Of a stretch of DNA of 64,000 bases, positions 29,118-38,756 are shown piece by piece; position 1 is the stretch's first letter, and every line of letters starts with the position of its first letter. The notes below the pieces were generated by a model. The model saw only the letters and a program-made list of their open reading frames with translations, made no database searches and had not been told where the DNA came from. The stretch comes from an uncultured Pseudomonadota bacterium (GTDB lineage: Bacteria > Oederibacteriota > Muellerivitia > Muellerivitales > Muellerivitaceae): positions 128,001 to 192,000 of the forward strand of contig CAVYRH010000011.1 in the NCBI GenBank assembly GCA_963770835.1, in the 5' to 3' direction. Position numbers and translations under genes: made by a program.

Positions 29118-29582
29118 AAATTCTCAAAAGGCCCTTTTAAATTAGTTAAGAGTTTATAAGTTGCGGTTTATGAAGTGGATTTTGAACCAAGAGAAGCTGT
29201 TCGGCAGGCTTCATGGTTTGTTTAAATTTAAGGCGGCCAAAATACGCTGATTTTGCATTTAAATGGCATTCTTTTAGACGATTTTTCACTATCTGCAACT
29301 TTGTACTTGGTATCCCAACGCCTAAAATTGGCTGAAAGCGCCGCTGGAAAACAAACGTTAAGGCCGATTCAAAAGACCAAAATTTTGGTGTCATCGACGT
29401 TAGGATCGACAAACCCCGGAATTTGGTGGATTAATCGGGTTTATGTCATATCGACATTGCATGGTTCATTTCAGGTCCTTTCCAAATTTTGCATTGCTTA
29501 GAGATGGAGTGGATTTCGTTCTGTTTCAAAGGCAAAATCAGGGCTTCTGAAATTTATTAAAGTTTTACTTTAGGGGGTTATC

Positions 29583-30740
29583 CTGTACTTTTCTGACCGT
29601 ACACCCAGGGATCTTTCACCTAATCGAATCGCCCGAGCCATTGAGCAAATAGTTAGACGAGGTATCCTAGATTTAACCGAGTCTAATCCCACTCGTTGCG
29701 GGGTTGACTATCCACCAGACCTCCTTCAGGCCTTAAGCCGGCCAGCTGGATTTACCTATGAACCTCACCCTTTTGGTCTGCCCGAGGCCCGCCATGCGGT
29801 GGCCGACTATCTCAACACCAAGGGCCAATTGGTAGACCCGGCCAAGGTCGTTTTGACTGCTAGTACCAGTGAGGCGTATTCGTTTCTCTTCAAGCTCCTG
29901 GGAGATTCCGGTAGTTCTTTCTTGGTTCCTGCACCAGGTTATCCCCTTCTGGACCATTTGCTGCGCCTGGAAGGCATGGAACTAATTCCCTATCCCCTTC
30001 GAATGGCCGTGGATTGGCCAGTGGACTTAAGACGAACGGAAAAGACTGTAAATTCTGCCTGCCGAGGGCTGGTTGTTGTTAATCCTCACAACCCGACCGG
30101 TACCTTTTTAAGCTGCAAGGATCAAGAAGCCTTAGGAAATATCTGTGACAAAAAACAAATAGCCTACATTGCAGACGAGGTTTTCGCGGATTATGGCTAC
30201 CTTGGTGAGTTTTTTAAGCCTTGGGTACCAAATAATACCCTTTCTTTCCGTCTTGGCGGCCTTTCCAAGAGTGTGGGGCTTCCCCAGCTAAAACTTTCTT
30301 GGATCATCTTGGACGGCCCATCAAGCCTCCTAGATGAATGCCAGAACAGATTGGAACTGGTCGCCGATACCTATTTATCCGTTAATACTCCAGTTCAACT
30401 GGCCCTTAAAGATCTACTGGCATTCGCCCCTTTGTTTCAAAAACAATTAATCGACAGGGTCATGAACAACCGACGTTTTCTTGCCCAAGAGCTCCAAAGC
30501 TTAGATAAAGCCAAACTTTGGCCTGCTCAAGGAGGATGGTATGCGTTGGTAGAAATAACCGAAAAAGATGCCCGGGAGGAACAAATAGTGCTCGACCTAT
30601 TAGAAAAGTACCAGGTTCTTGTCCAGCCTGGGGCTTTTTATGATTTTCCGGTGGGATGTTTCCTGGTTTTAAGTCTTTTGCCCATTCCGACGGTTTTTCA
30701 GGAAGGTGTTGCTAGATTTAAAAAATACATTAAAGGTTAA
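29583..30740 (+). CDS. PLP-dependent aminotransferase class I/II
   Basis: LTASTSEAYS, NPHNPTG, DEVF and GLSKSVGLPQLKLSW. The family-like N-terminus (YFSDRTP.DL.PN..LDLTESNPT) extends to CTG 29583, just after an in-frame TAG at 29571. Confidence 0.9.
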   Translation: MYFSDRTPRDLSPNRIARAIEQIVRRGILDLTESNPTRCGVDYPPDLLQALSRPAGFTYEPHPFGLPEARHAVADYLNTKGQLVDPAKVVLTASTSEAYSFLFKLLGDSGSSFLVPAPGYPLLDHLLRLEGMELIPYPLRMAVDWPVDLRRTEKTVNSACRGLVVVNPHNPTGTFLSCKDQEALGNICDKKQIAYIADEVFADYGYLGEFFKPWVPNNTLSFRLGGLSKSVGLPQLKLSWIILDGPSSLLDECQNRLELVADTYLSVNTPVQLALKDLLAFAPLFQKQLIDRVMNNRRFLAQELQSLDKAKLWPAQGGWYALVEITEKDAREEQIVLDLLEKYQVLVQPGAFYDFPVGCFLVLSLLPIPTVFQEGVARFKKYIKG

Positions 30741-30765
30741 AAACAAAACCCGGAAGTCAGTCTTT

Positions 30766-31464
30766 TTAGGACTGGAGGTTTTTCAAGCGGCGGCCAGCTT
30801 CCAGTCCCCAACTGCTATCGGCATCAGTTTGAGAAAGGGTTTTCAACTGTTCAATTGACTTAGCCTTATCCTTGTTTCTAAGGTAGATATCCGAGAGTTC
30901 TAAGCGAAGTTCACTCCCGATGAAACTGGTGGAATGATCACGTAAAAAAGCTTCAGCTATAGTAGCGGCTTGTGGAAACTGGTTTTGGGATTCCAAGCAA
31001 AGGATCTTTCCCAAGTAGGCCTCATCTCCCAGGGGAATATCCTTTAATTCCTGAGTGGCTGTATCAAAGCTAGCGTAAGCCTGGGTATATTGACCCAGGG
31101 AGTACTCGCATTTGGCCGCATAATAGCGGGCCAATTTGGCGGTCTGGGTCCCGGAATAATCGGTAAGGATACGTTGAAAAGTTTGAAGAGACTGTTTGTA
31201 TTTTTCAACGTCGCTTTTAAAAGGACCGTTTTGGGGATCAACGGGCGAGTGAAGATAGTATTGACCCCGATTCAACACCTCCTGGGCATCTTTTTCACTT
31301 TGTTCCCGGCTATGGAGTATATATGGAACTCCAATTCCCACCAGCAACAGGACAATACCGGCCACAGCGATGAATTCTTGATGGGCCTTGGCCCAGTCCA
31401 GCCATTTTTCCGTTTCGGACTTTTCGTGCGGGATCGGGTTTAAACCACTCCAATGGGTCGCCAT
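30766..31464 (-). CDS. Membrane-anchored TPR protein (YfgM/CpoB-like)
   Basis: Single N-terminal TM followed by TPR helices (AKLARYYAAKCEYSLGQY..A). Confidence 0.8.
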   Translation of the reverse strand: MATHWSGLNPIPHEKSETEKWLDWAKAHQEFIAVAGIVLLLVGIGVPYILHSREQSEKDAQEVLNRGQYYLHSPVDPQNGPFKSDVEKYKQSLQTFQRILTDYSGTQTAKLARYYAAKCEYSLGQYTQAYASFDTATQELKDIPLGDEAYLGKILCLESQNQFPQAATIAEAFLRDHSTSFIGSELRLELSDIYLRNKDKAKSIEQLKTLSQTDADSSWGLEAGRRLKNLQS

Positions 31465-31512
31465 TCCAACCACCTTTTAAAATCAAGTTTGAGACAAAAT
31501 CTACCGTTTTTC

Positions 31513-31541
31513 AAAAAAGAAGCCTTCCCTTCGGGGAAGGC
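31513..31541 (-). terminator. Rho-independent terminator downstream of tRNA-Arg
   Basis: GCCTTCCC-TTCG-GGGAAGGC hairpin with an adjacent A-tract (U-tract on the - strand). Confidence 0.8.
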
Positions 31542-31550
31542 CTCATCCAA

Positions 31551-31627
31551 TGGTACCCTCGACGCGAATCGAACGCGTGACCTACCCTTTAGGAAAGGGT
31601 CGCTCTATCCAACTGAGCTACGAGGGC
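31551..31627 (-). tRNA. tRNA-Arg (anticodon CCU)
   Basis: GCCCTCGTAGCTCAGTTGGATAGAGCG...CCCTTT-CCT-AAAGGG...GTTCGATTC...GAGGGTACCA; 77 nt with encoded CCA. Confidence 0.96.
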
Positions 31628-31667
31628 CTTTTCCTGCAACCCTCAGGTAAAAGGAAGTCCGGTGAAA

Positions 31668-32180
31668 TCAGAACTGAAGTATAGAGAAAACAGGGGTGCT
31701 TTTCAATTTTTCGTGGCCGTTAAGGAACCTTAAATGAATAAGAAAACAGGCCCCTACCACATCTCCTCCGGCCCTTTCCACTAGCCGAATGGTCGCAGCG
31801 GCGGTGCCACCAGTTGCCAAGACGTCGTCCAAGATTAAAATTTTATCCCCTTTGGAAATGGAATCTTCATGAATTTCAAGGGTGTCTGTCCCATATTCCA
31901 GTTCATAAGTTTCCCGAAGGGTCTTCCATGGTAACTTTCCAGGTTTTCGCACCGGGATGAAAGAGATGCCCATAAAGGTGGACAATGCGCCACCCAGGAT
32001 AAAGCCACGGGATTCCATGGCCACGATGGAATTTATTTTTTGACCCTTGTACTGATCCGCCATTCGGTGGATGACTTCCTGAAAAGCCTTCGGGTCTTTC
32101 AGAAGTGGGGTGATGTCTTTAAAGATAATTCCCTTCTTGGGAAAATCTGGCACATCGCGGATCAGAGTTTTGAAGTCCAC
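31668..32180 (-). CDS. apt: Adenine phosphoribosyltransferase
   Basis: [31 protein letters not shown] and DDVLATGGT. Confidence 0.98.
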   Translation of the reverse strand: MDFKTLIRDVPDFPKKGIIFKDITPLLKDPKAFQEVIHRMADQYKGQKINSIVAMESRGFILGGALSTFMGISFIPVRKPGKLPWKTLRETYELEYGTDTLEIHEDSISKGDKILILDDVLATGGTAAATIRLVERAGGDVVGACFLIHLRFLNGHEKLKSTPVFSILQF

Positions 32181-32302
32181 ACTTTATCCTTCGTAAATGA
32201 AATACACGATCGGATGGGCCTCGGTAAAAAAAAACGCCAAATTTATCAGGTAACTTGCAATGATAATGAATAGGTTTTAAGAGGTTTTAGTCGGGAGGGA
32301 GT

Positions 32303-33286
32303 TTACACAAATTCGTTCAAAAGTTCACGATATTCTTCGTTACAGGCCTTCATTAAGAAACGAATTTTTTGCAATGCCTTTTCTTCAATCTGACGAATCC
32401 GCTCACGGGTAACACCTAAAAGGGTCCCGGTTTGTTCTAGGGTTTTGGGTTGGTCCTGCTCGAAGCCGAAACGCATCAGAATTACCTTTTGCTCTTTGTC
32501 ATTCAGTGTGCTGATAAGCTTCTTGAGTTTTTCAGATCGAAGTTGATCGAAAACGTTTTGAGCCGGACTCATTACCGATTTATCCTCTATGAAATCGCCG
32601 ATAGATTTGGAGTTGGACTCGTCCCCCACCGGGACTTCCAAGGAAATGTTTTTTTGGGCCAAACGTTGAAGTTTGTGGATCTTTTCGAATTTCAATTTGC
32701 CAGCCTTGGAAATTTCCATAAGGCTGGGATCGCGTCCCAACTTGCGGGTAAGATCCCGGGAGATGCGTTCAAAACGGTTGATGTCCTCGGAAACGTGGAC
32801 GGGCACGCGGACGGTGCGGGACTGGTTGGAAAGGGCTCGCGTGATGGCTTGGCGTATCCACCAAGTTGCGTAAGTGCTGAACTTAAAGCCACGACGCCAG
32901 GAGAACTTTTCGCTGGCCTTGATAAGCCCTAAGTTCCCTTCCTCTATCAAATCCTGGAAGGAAAGACCCTGGTTCATGTATTTCTTGGCCACCTTAATCA
33001 CCAGCCTCAGATTGGCGGCGATCAAGGCCTGTTTGGCTTTCAAATCATTTTTTTCAATACGCTTCGCCAGCATCACTTCCTCTTCAGCGGTCAGCAGTTT
33101 AACGCGGGAAATTTCACGGAAGTATAGTTTGAGACTGTCGGTAGTAATACGCTCAAGGCTTTTAGACTCGGGGGAAGTGTTCGCTTTTTTCTCGATAATG
33201 GGAATTAACGGAGCAATAATTCGGCTGGTGGAGCTAGTTTTGGCCTTTAATCGTTTTTTTAGCCCCATAGATTCGCCTTTACCCAT
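32303..33286 (-). CDS. Sigma-70 family RNA polymerase sigma factor, group 2 (RpoS-like; no region 1.1)
   Basis: [47 protein letters not shown] and [10 protein letters not shown]. Confidence 0.93.
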   Translation of the reverse strand: MGKGESMGLKKRLKAKTSSTSRIIAPLIPIIEKKANTSPESKSLERITTDSLKLYFREISRVKLLTAEEEVMLAKRIEKNDLKAKQALIAANLRLVIKVAKKYMNQGLSFQDLIEEGNLGLIKASEKFSWRRGFKFSTYATWWIRQAITRALSNQSRTVRVPVHVSEDINRFERISRDLTRKLGRDPSLMEISKAGKLKFEKIHKLQRLAQKNISLEVPVGDESNSKSIGDFIEDKSVMSPAQNVFDQLRSEKLKKLISTLNDKEQKVILMRFGFEQDQPKTLEQTGTLLGVTRERIRQIEEKALQKIRFLMKACNEEYRELLNEFV

Positions 33287-33561
33287 CAACCTTGGATTTT
33301 GAACTCTTCAAACTTCTCGGGCGTTTCGAACCATTGAAACCGTGTACTCGAAACCCGGCTTCCAATGGGACCCACCTTTAAGCTTTGCATAAACTGTTCC
33401 AAGGCTGGCCTTGAGCCTGAGGCAAAAACCTCCACGGATCCATCAGGCAAATTGCGCACCCAACCCGTTAAACCCAAGTTATCGGCGGTCTCTTTTGTAA
33501 AATAACGAAAACCTACCCCTTGTACCCTTCCAAGGACGGTTCCTGTGAAAGCGTTAAACAT
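33286..33561 (-). CDS. acyP: Acylphosphatase
   Basis: [10 protein letters not shown] and [15 protein letters not shown] 33561 after GGAGG. Confidence 0.96.
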   Translation of the reverse strand: MFNAFTGTVLGRVQGVGFRYFTKETADNLGLTGWVRNLPDGSVEVFASGSRPALEQFMQSLKVGPIGSRVSSTRFQWFETPEKFEEFKIQG

Positions 33562-33715
33562 AAGAAACCTCCGTAAATTCAAAGCAGAGAATTTGTCAGA
33601 TTTCTGAATAATTAGGGCTTTTTTTTGACTTTTTTAAGAAATGTGGTAGGGCCTAAAACTTCGGGAAAAACAGGTGGGCTTTTTGATTCGCGAACCGGGA
33701 AACGACCTTGAAAAA

Positions 33716-33792
33716 TGGTCGGGGCGGCAGGATTTGAACCTGCGACCTTTTGCACCCCATGCAACTGCGCTACCGGGCTGCGCCACGCCCCG
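33716..33792 (-). tRNA. tRNA-Pro (anticodon GGG)
   Basis: CGGGGCGTGGCGCAGCCCGGTAGCGCA...AT-GGG-GT...GGTTCAAATCC...CCCCGACCA. Confidence 0.95.
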
Positions 33793-33855
33793 ACGAATCA
33801 ATTAAATTTAAGTCGACTCAATAATGGACGGAGAAGACCATCCAGAATAGTTTTC

Positions 33856-33931
<76 letters not shown>

Positions 33932-34062
33932 TCCAGAAAACCTTTCCCCAAAGGGAGGCATACTATAGGTGAAATTATAGTTCTGTTCAAGAAAAGAAGG
34001 GCCAGAAAACGCTCTAATTATTGGTTCTTCCGGGGCATCTAGGATTCGAGGAACAAAAGAGC

Positions 34063-34512
34063 TTAATTTAAACCGTACTTCCGCAAAATCGCTTTTGTAG
34101 CGATAATCAAGTTTTTCATTTCCCCTACCTTTTCACGAGAGATTGGGGGGAAGTTCCCCTCCTCGGGGTTGGAGAGGGGTGAAGGCGTAGAAGAACTCAA
34201 CTGTTTTCCGGAAGAAGCCTGGACTGACGATTCGGAGACAACTATTTCCATCGAATCCAGGAAATCCTTCTCATCCAATTCTTCCAGTTTTTTAATCGCT
34301 CCCGCGATAGTATATTTCTCAACGTACAGGAGTCTTTTAATGGTAAGGGCCACGCGGACGTCCCTTTTACGGTAGGTTCGCTGCCCGGTCACAGATTTTT
34401 GGGGATTTAGTTTTCGGAACTCCGTTTCCCAGTAGCGAAGCACGTAGGGTTTCACGCCGACCAACTGGGCCGTTTCGCCAATGGTATAAAAGAGTTTTTC
34501 TTCCTCTGCCAT
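34063..34512 (-). CDS. MerR-family HTH regulator (type found next to ihfA)
   Basis: [28 protein letters not shown]...QRTY; lies between HU/IHF and tRNA-Pro. Confidence 0.92.
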   Translation of the reverse strand: MAEEEKLFYTIGETAQLVGVKPYVLRYWETEFRKLNPQKSVTGQRTYRKRDVRVALTIKRLLYVEKYTIAGAIKKLEELDEKDFLDSMEIVVSESSVQASSGKQLSSSTPSPLSNPEEGNFPPISREKVGEMKNLIIATKAILRKYGLN

Positions 34513-34529
34513 TCACCCCTCCGCTAGCG

Positions 34530-34805
34530 TTAACCCTTCAACTTTTGTCGCAACCGGGGCGCCGGCTTAAAGAAAAGAACTTCCCGGGATCCCACCGCAA
34601 ACCGCTTGCCCGTCTTTGGGTTGCGGGCTAACCGAGCCGGTCTTTTTCTCCATTCCCACGAACCGAGACCCACTATAGAAATCTTTTTTCCGCCCCGCAA
34701 GGCGGAGGTGATGGAGCCAAAAAAGGAATCTACCGCTAATCGGGATTGCCGCTTCGTTAAGCCGAGTCGCAAGAGGCTTTTGACGAGGTCTTTACGGGTC
34801 AACAT
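34530..34805 (-). CDS. HU/IHF-family DNA-binding protein (IhfA-like by context)
   Basis: LTRKDLV, ISIVGLGSW, ARNPKTG and FKPA. Confidence 0.93.
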   Translation of the reverse strand: MLTRKDLVKSLLRLGLTKRQSRLAVDSFFGSITSALRGGKKISIVGLGSWEWRKRPARLARNPKTGKRFAVGSREVLFFKPAPRLRQKLKG

Positions 34806-34847
34806 TCACCTCAACGAAAGATTTAATCGCTCGGAAAATCAAGAAAG

Positions 34848-35855
34848 TCACCAGACGTTCGGGTCTTGCTCAGCCCGAGCCGCGCGGGCCAAGAGTGACT
34901 TCACAGCTTCTTTGGCGCTTTTGCGCTCAAAAAGTACTTTGTAAACTTCTTCGTTGATGGGAACTTCCACCTTGGCCCTATGGGCAAGATCCATGGCTGC
35001 ATGGGAGGTCTTGACGCCCTCCGCCACCATGACCATTTCGCCAAGGGCTTGTTCCAGACTCGCGCCCTTTCCTATTTTTTCGCCCAAGAGCCGGTTACGG
35101 CTATGGCGGCTGCAACAGGTGACGATCAAATCCCCCATACCGGCAAGACCCGCGAAGGTGGCGGCCTGAGCCCCCAGGGCCACCCCCAAGCGTGTCATTT
35201 CATGAAGTCCCCGAGTCATCAGAGCCGCCTTGGCGTTGTCTCCCAGCCCCAGGCCGTCGGAGATGCCAGCAGCGATAGCGATGACGTTCTTGAGCGCGCC
35301 TCCCAACTCCACGCCCACAACATCAGTGGAGGTATAAACCCTGAAATAGTCCGAATGGAAAACTCCTTGCACCGTTGTGGAAAGAGCGGGATTGGAGGAA
35401 GCGGCCACAACGGTGGTCGGCATTTTTCGAGATACTTCTTCGGCATGGCTTGGACCTGATACAACGGAAATGAGCATATCATTCTTAATGTGTTCCTTTA
35501 ATAATTCGCTCATCCTCAGGTGGCTTTGTTCTTCCAGACCCTTGGTGGCACAGGTGACCCAAGCGCCCTTGGGCCAGAACGAAATAGCCTTTTGAATGGT
35601 GGACCGTGCTACATGGGAAGGAACGACCAAGACAACCCCTTCCCCACCCTCCAATGCCTCCTCCATCCGGGAGGTAATGAGGATCTCCGGGGGCAGCAGA
35701 ATGCCAGGAAGGATAATTTTGTTCTCGCGCGTTTGTTTAAGCTCTTGGGCCTTAGCGAAGTCATACTCCCAAAGTTGAATATGATGTCCGGCGCGATGAA
35801 GATGGACACTTAAAGCAATTCCCCAGCTTCCAGCGCCTAAAACACACAATTTCAT
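34848..35855 (-). CDS. gpsA: NAD(P)H-dependent glycerol-3-phosphate dehydrogenase
   Basis: GAGSWG, SGPSHAEEV, GGALKNVIAIAAG and GDLIVTC.S.HSRNR. Confidence 0.98.
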   Translation of the reverse strand: MKLCVLGAGSWGIALSVHLHRAGHHIQLWEYDFAKAQELKQTRENKIILPGILLPPEILITSRMEEALEGGEGVVLVVPSHVARSTIQKAISFWPKGAWVTCATKGLEEQSHLRMSELLKEHIKNDMLISVVSGPSHAEEVSRKMPTTVVAASSNPALSTTVQGVFHSDYFRVYTSTDVVGVELGGALKNVIAIAAGISDGLGLGDNAKAALMTRGLHEMTRLGVALGAQAATFAGLAGMGDLIVTCCSRHSRNRLLGEKIGKGASLEQALGEMVMVAEGVKTSHAAMDLAHRAKVEVPINEEVYKVLFERKSAKEAVKSLLARAARAEQDPNVW

Positions 35856-35903
35856 GTTAAATCCTTGAGCGTATGTCCGTGTGAATATTTGACGAAATTG
35901 GCT

Positions 35904-36509
35904 TTACTGTTTGTTTTTCTTTTTTCCGATCTTGTTTTCGGTCCCATCTAAGATACGTCTAATGTTCTGACGGTGGGTCCACCAGACCAAGGCGGTCGCC
36001 AATAAAGCCAACCCCGAGAACCAGGTAAGCCCTTTTTGATGGTACAAGGTCATGACAGCCATGGCGCTCACTCCCAGTAGGCTCCCTACGGATATCATTC
36101 GGGAACTCAAGACAGCCACGATGAAAAAAATAAGTCCAACGCTGCTTTCGGGGGGTAGAAGAAAGAAAAAGATACCGATGGAAACACCGATGCCCTTCCC
36201 GCCCTTGAACTTCAGGAAAACTGAGAAGATATTCCCTAAAAGCGCCATTAATCCGCAAAGCACTTCCATAAGGTCGTCCATGGGGTCAAAGTGCTGAGCC
36301 AACCAAACTGCCAACACACCTTTGGAGATATCCAGAACTAAAGTGGTAATTCCCCACCCCGGTCCGGCTACCCTCCAAACATTAGTCATCCCGATATTTC
36401 CACTTCCCTGAGTGCGAACATCCACTCCCTTCACCCATTTCACCAATAAATAGCCAAATGGAATGGACCCCAAAAGATAGGCACATAGCAACAACAGTAC
36501 GTCAGTCAT
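35904..36509 (-). CDS. plsY: Glycerol-3-phosphate acyltransferase PlsY
   Basis: YLLGSIPFG, GSGNIGMTN, FKGGKG and HRQNIRR..GTE. Confidence 0.97.
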   Translation of the reverse strand: MTDVLLLLCAYLLGSIPFGYLLVKWVKGVDVRTQGSGNIGMTNVWRVAGPGWGITTLVLDISKGVLAVWLAQHFDPMDDLMEVLCGLMALLGNIFSVFLKFKGGKGIGVSIGIFFFLLPPESSVGLIFFIVAVLSSRMISVGSLLGVSAMAVMTLYHQKGLTWFSGLALLATALVWWTHRQNIRRILDGTENKIGKKKNKQ

Positions 36510-37945
36510 GGTTTAGCCTTTTTTCGACGGGGTTTTTCAGTTCGTTTTTTGTTGTGCCGAGCGGCATTGGGATCAAAGTTTCGCTTGTAAGATTGCTTTT
36601 TAAACCCATGTTTATCAGCTTTTTCCTTCATGACAATTTGCATCGGTGTTGATCCCAAATCTAGCGCCTTTCGAAGTTCGGCTTCGAGGTAACGCATGTA
36701 TGCGGGTGTTGCACTGTCCGCTTGATTCACAAAAACCTCAAAGGCTGGGGGATGCCCAACCCTTTGATATCCGTAAAGTATTTTAATCTGGTGCCCTCCC
36801 CGAAAGGGTGGGGATTGCTTGGAAACTGCTTCTTGCAGGGCCAAATTCACTTTACGTGTGGGGGCTTGGCGACAACTTTCCTCATATACAGCGTGAACCA
36901 TGGGCAGAATTCGCTCTAAATTTAGGCCGGTTTTGGCCGAAGCGAATAAAACGGGGGCATAGTGGATTTGGCGCAGTTCCCGGCGGGTAATCCGCTCAGC
37001 ACGGGCCTGTTCGGCCCCATGGGGGTGGATGTCCCATTTATTAATCACCACGACAACAGGTCGAAAAGCCTCCCCGATAATACGGCTGATGGTGACGTCC
37101 TGGTGGGTAATCCCCTTCTCGCCGTCCACTACCATAAGGACCACTTGGCAGGTTTGTAGTTCGTAGAGGGCTTGTTCCACACTAAGATGTTCGATGCGGC
37201 TGTCCTGTTTTTGCTGGGCTCGGATACCAGCAGTATCCACCATGACGAGAGGATTATCGCCGGTCTCAATGATGACGGGTACCGCGTCATGGGTGGTGCC
37301 CGGCAGATCGTCCACAATCATCCGTTTTTCGCCCAAAATGGCGTTCACCAGGGAGGATTTGCCAACATTGGGCTTTCCCAACACGGCTAGCCGCAAGGGT
37401 CGTTTTTCCTCTTCTTCAGGCAGGTTTTTTGGGGGCACCTTTTGAAGGCCAGCCACGAGCGAATCTAATAGGTCGTCCAGGCCGATGCCGTGCATGGCGG
37501 ATATGGGAATAAAGTTTTCAAATCCCAATTTCCCGAAATCGGCCGCCACTTCCCTTCCCTTGTCGGGCTGGTCAGCTTTATTGACGGCGACCCAGGTGGG
37601 CAGCCCATATTTGCGGATAGCCCTGGTAAGGATCTCGTCCGCCGGGGTTACACCTTCCTGGCCATCCACCACGAGCACCAGTGCCGTAGTTTGAAGGATC
37701 TTTTTTTCCAGCATTTCGCCGATTTTTAGGGCAATTGATTCCTTTTCTCCGGGCACCCAGCCACCGGAATCAGTGACAATGAAAACAGTGCCATTCCATT
37801 CCGCTTCGAAACTCTTCAGGTCCCGGGTGGAACCTGGTTGGTTGTCCACCAAGGCCAGGGATTTCCCCGCTAGGCGGTTAAAGAGGGTGGATTTGCCCAC
37901 GTTGGGGCGACCTACGATGAGTACTTCGGGCAAGGCGGAAGGCAT
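36506..37945 (-). CDS. der: Ribosome biogenesis GTPase Der (EngA)
   Basis: Two G domains (GRPNVGKSTLFN; GKPNVGKSS, DTAG, NKWD) plus a KH-like C-domain; der-plsY-gpsA synteny. Confidence 0.97.
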   Translation of the reverse strand: MPSALPEVLIVGRPNVGKSTLFNRLAGKSLALVDNQPGSTRDLKSFEAEWNGTVFIVTDSGGWVPGEKESIALKIGEMLEKKILQTTALVLVVDGQEGVTPADEILTRAIRKYGLPTWVAVNKADQPDKGREVAADFGKLGFENFIPISAMHGIGLDDLLDSLVAGLQKVPPKNLPEEEEKRPLRLAVLGKPNVGKSSLVNAILGEKRMIVDDLPGTTHDAVPVIIETGDNPLVMVDTAGIRAQQKQDSRIEHLSVEQALYELQTCQVVLMVVDGEKGITHQDVTISRIIGEAFRPVVVVINKWDIHPHGAEQARAERITRRELRQIHYAPVLFASAKTGLNLERILPMVHAVYEESCRQAPTRKVNLALQEAVSKQSPPFRGGHQIKILYGYQRVGHPPAFEVFVNQADSATPAYMRYLEAELRKALDLGSTPMQIVMKEKADKHGFKKQSYKRNFDPNAARHNKKRTEKPRRKKAKP

Positions 37946-38049
37946 TCGAATCTCCAATGGGATTAGTTGCGGTTGGATTTTACTTTAAATCCCTATTTTT
38001 TTAACTATTTAAGGGAAAAAGGTTTTGGACACTCTGTTTGCTTGGTGGT

Positions 38050-38748
38050 TTAATTATTCGAAGCGGGAGGTTCTTCGTCCTTCATCACCGCGAAACTTTG
38101 CATGTGAAGTATCTGGCTTTCGCCGGTACCGCTGTTGGTCACCTGAACTTGATAATAATAAATACCTTCGGGAACCTTTGTAAGGCCCCATAAAATGTCG
38201 AAAAGTCGGTCTCCGGCCCCCTGAAGCTCCGTAACCTTGCTAAAAAATCGGTCATAAACCACGATACGGGCAGTAGCCGGACTTTGGGTCATCACCCGAA
38301 AAATTACTTTGTCCCCATAAGCCGGGTTCGGAATGGTCGTAACCCGCACCGGTTGAAAGGCTGGCGTAACGGTTCCATTGGGTATGGTTGTTTTCTTGAG
38401 GTGTTTGTCCGGGGTGGGAGTAAAGGTTGGAGTTTTAACGGATGTAGGTGTCGGGGTACTGGTGAAAGTAGGACGCGAGACGTTTTGGCTTACCGAAGGC
38501 GTAACCATAGGCGCAAATTCGCCATTTTGTTCCACAACATCGGCTGGTTCCGATTCCGTAACTGGATTATCTGGAGAAGATGCTCGGGGAAGGATCAATT
38601 TGGGCTGTGTGTTCGTCTGAGGAACCGATAAAGCATCTTCTTGCGCCCAAGCCGCTGAGGGTAAGATACGCCACGGTTCCAAAGAGCAGGCCTCGATTAA
38701 TAAGATCAGGATAAAAAAAATATTTTTGGGATTTTTATTTAAAAACAT
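38050..38748 (-). CDS. Secreted protein with Thr/Pro linker and C-terminal T9SS-CTD/FlgD-like Ig domain
   Basis: Hydrophobic N-terminus, TPTPT linker, and a C-terminal IPNPAY...IVVYD...W....PEGIYYY motif. Confidence 0.7.
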   Translation of the reverse strand: MFLNKNPKNIFFILILLIEACSLEPWRILPSAAWAQEDALSVPQTNTQPKLILPRASSPDNPVTESEPADVVEQNGEFAPMVTPSVSQNVSRPTFTSTPTPTSVKTPTFTPTPDKHLKKTTIPNGTVTPAFQPVRVTTIPNPAYGDKVIFRVMTQSPATARIVVYDRFFSKVTELQGAGDRLFDILWGLTKVPEGIYYYQVQVTNSGTGESQILHMQSFAVMKDEEPPASNN

Positions 38749-38756
38749 ACCCTCAT

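Noticed and set aside
29146..29501. Short ORFs (88 aa on -, 82 aa on +) downstream of the recombinase
   Set aside because: No convincing RBS, motif or codon bias; treated as non-coding.
28053..29580. Integron (IntI plus attI/attC cassettes)
   Set aside because: The recombinase lacks the IntI-specific insertion before HxxR, and I saw no attC-like RYYYAAC...GTTRRRY array.
28053..31627. Prophage or genomic island defined by the integrase-like gene and tRNA-Arg
   Set aside because: No duplicated tRNA 3' end (att) was seen, there are no phage or conjugation genes, and the flanking genes are ordinary metabolic genes. A chromosomal Xer role fits better.
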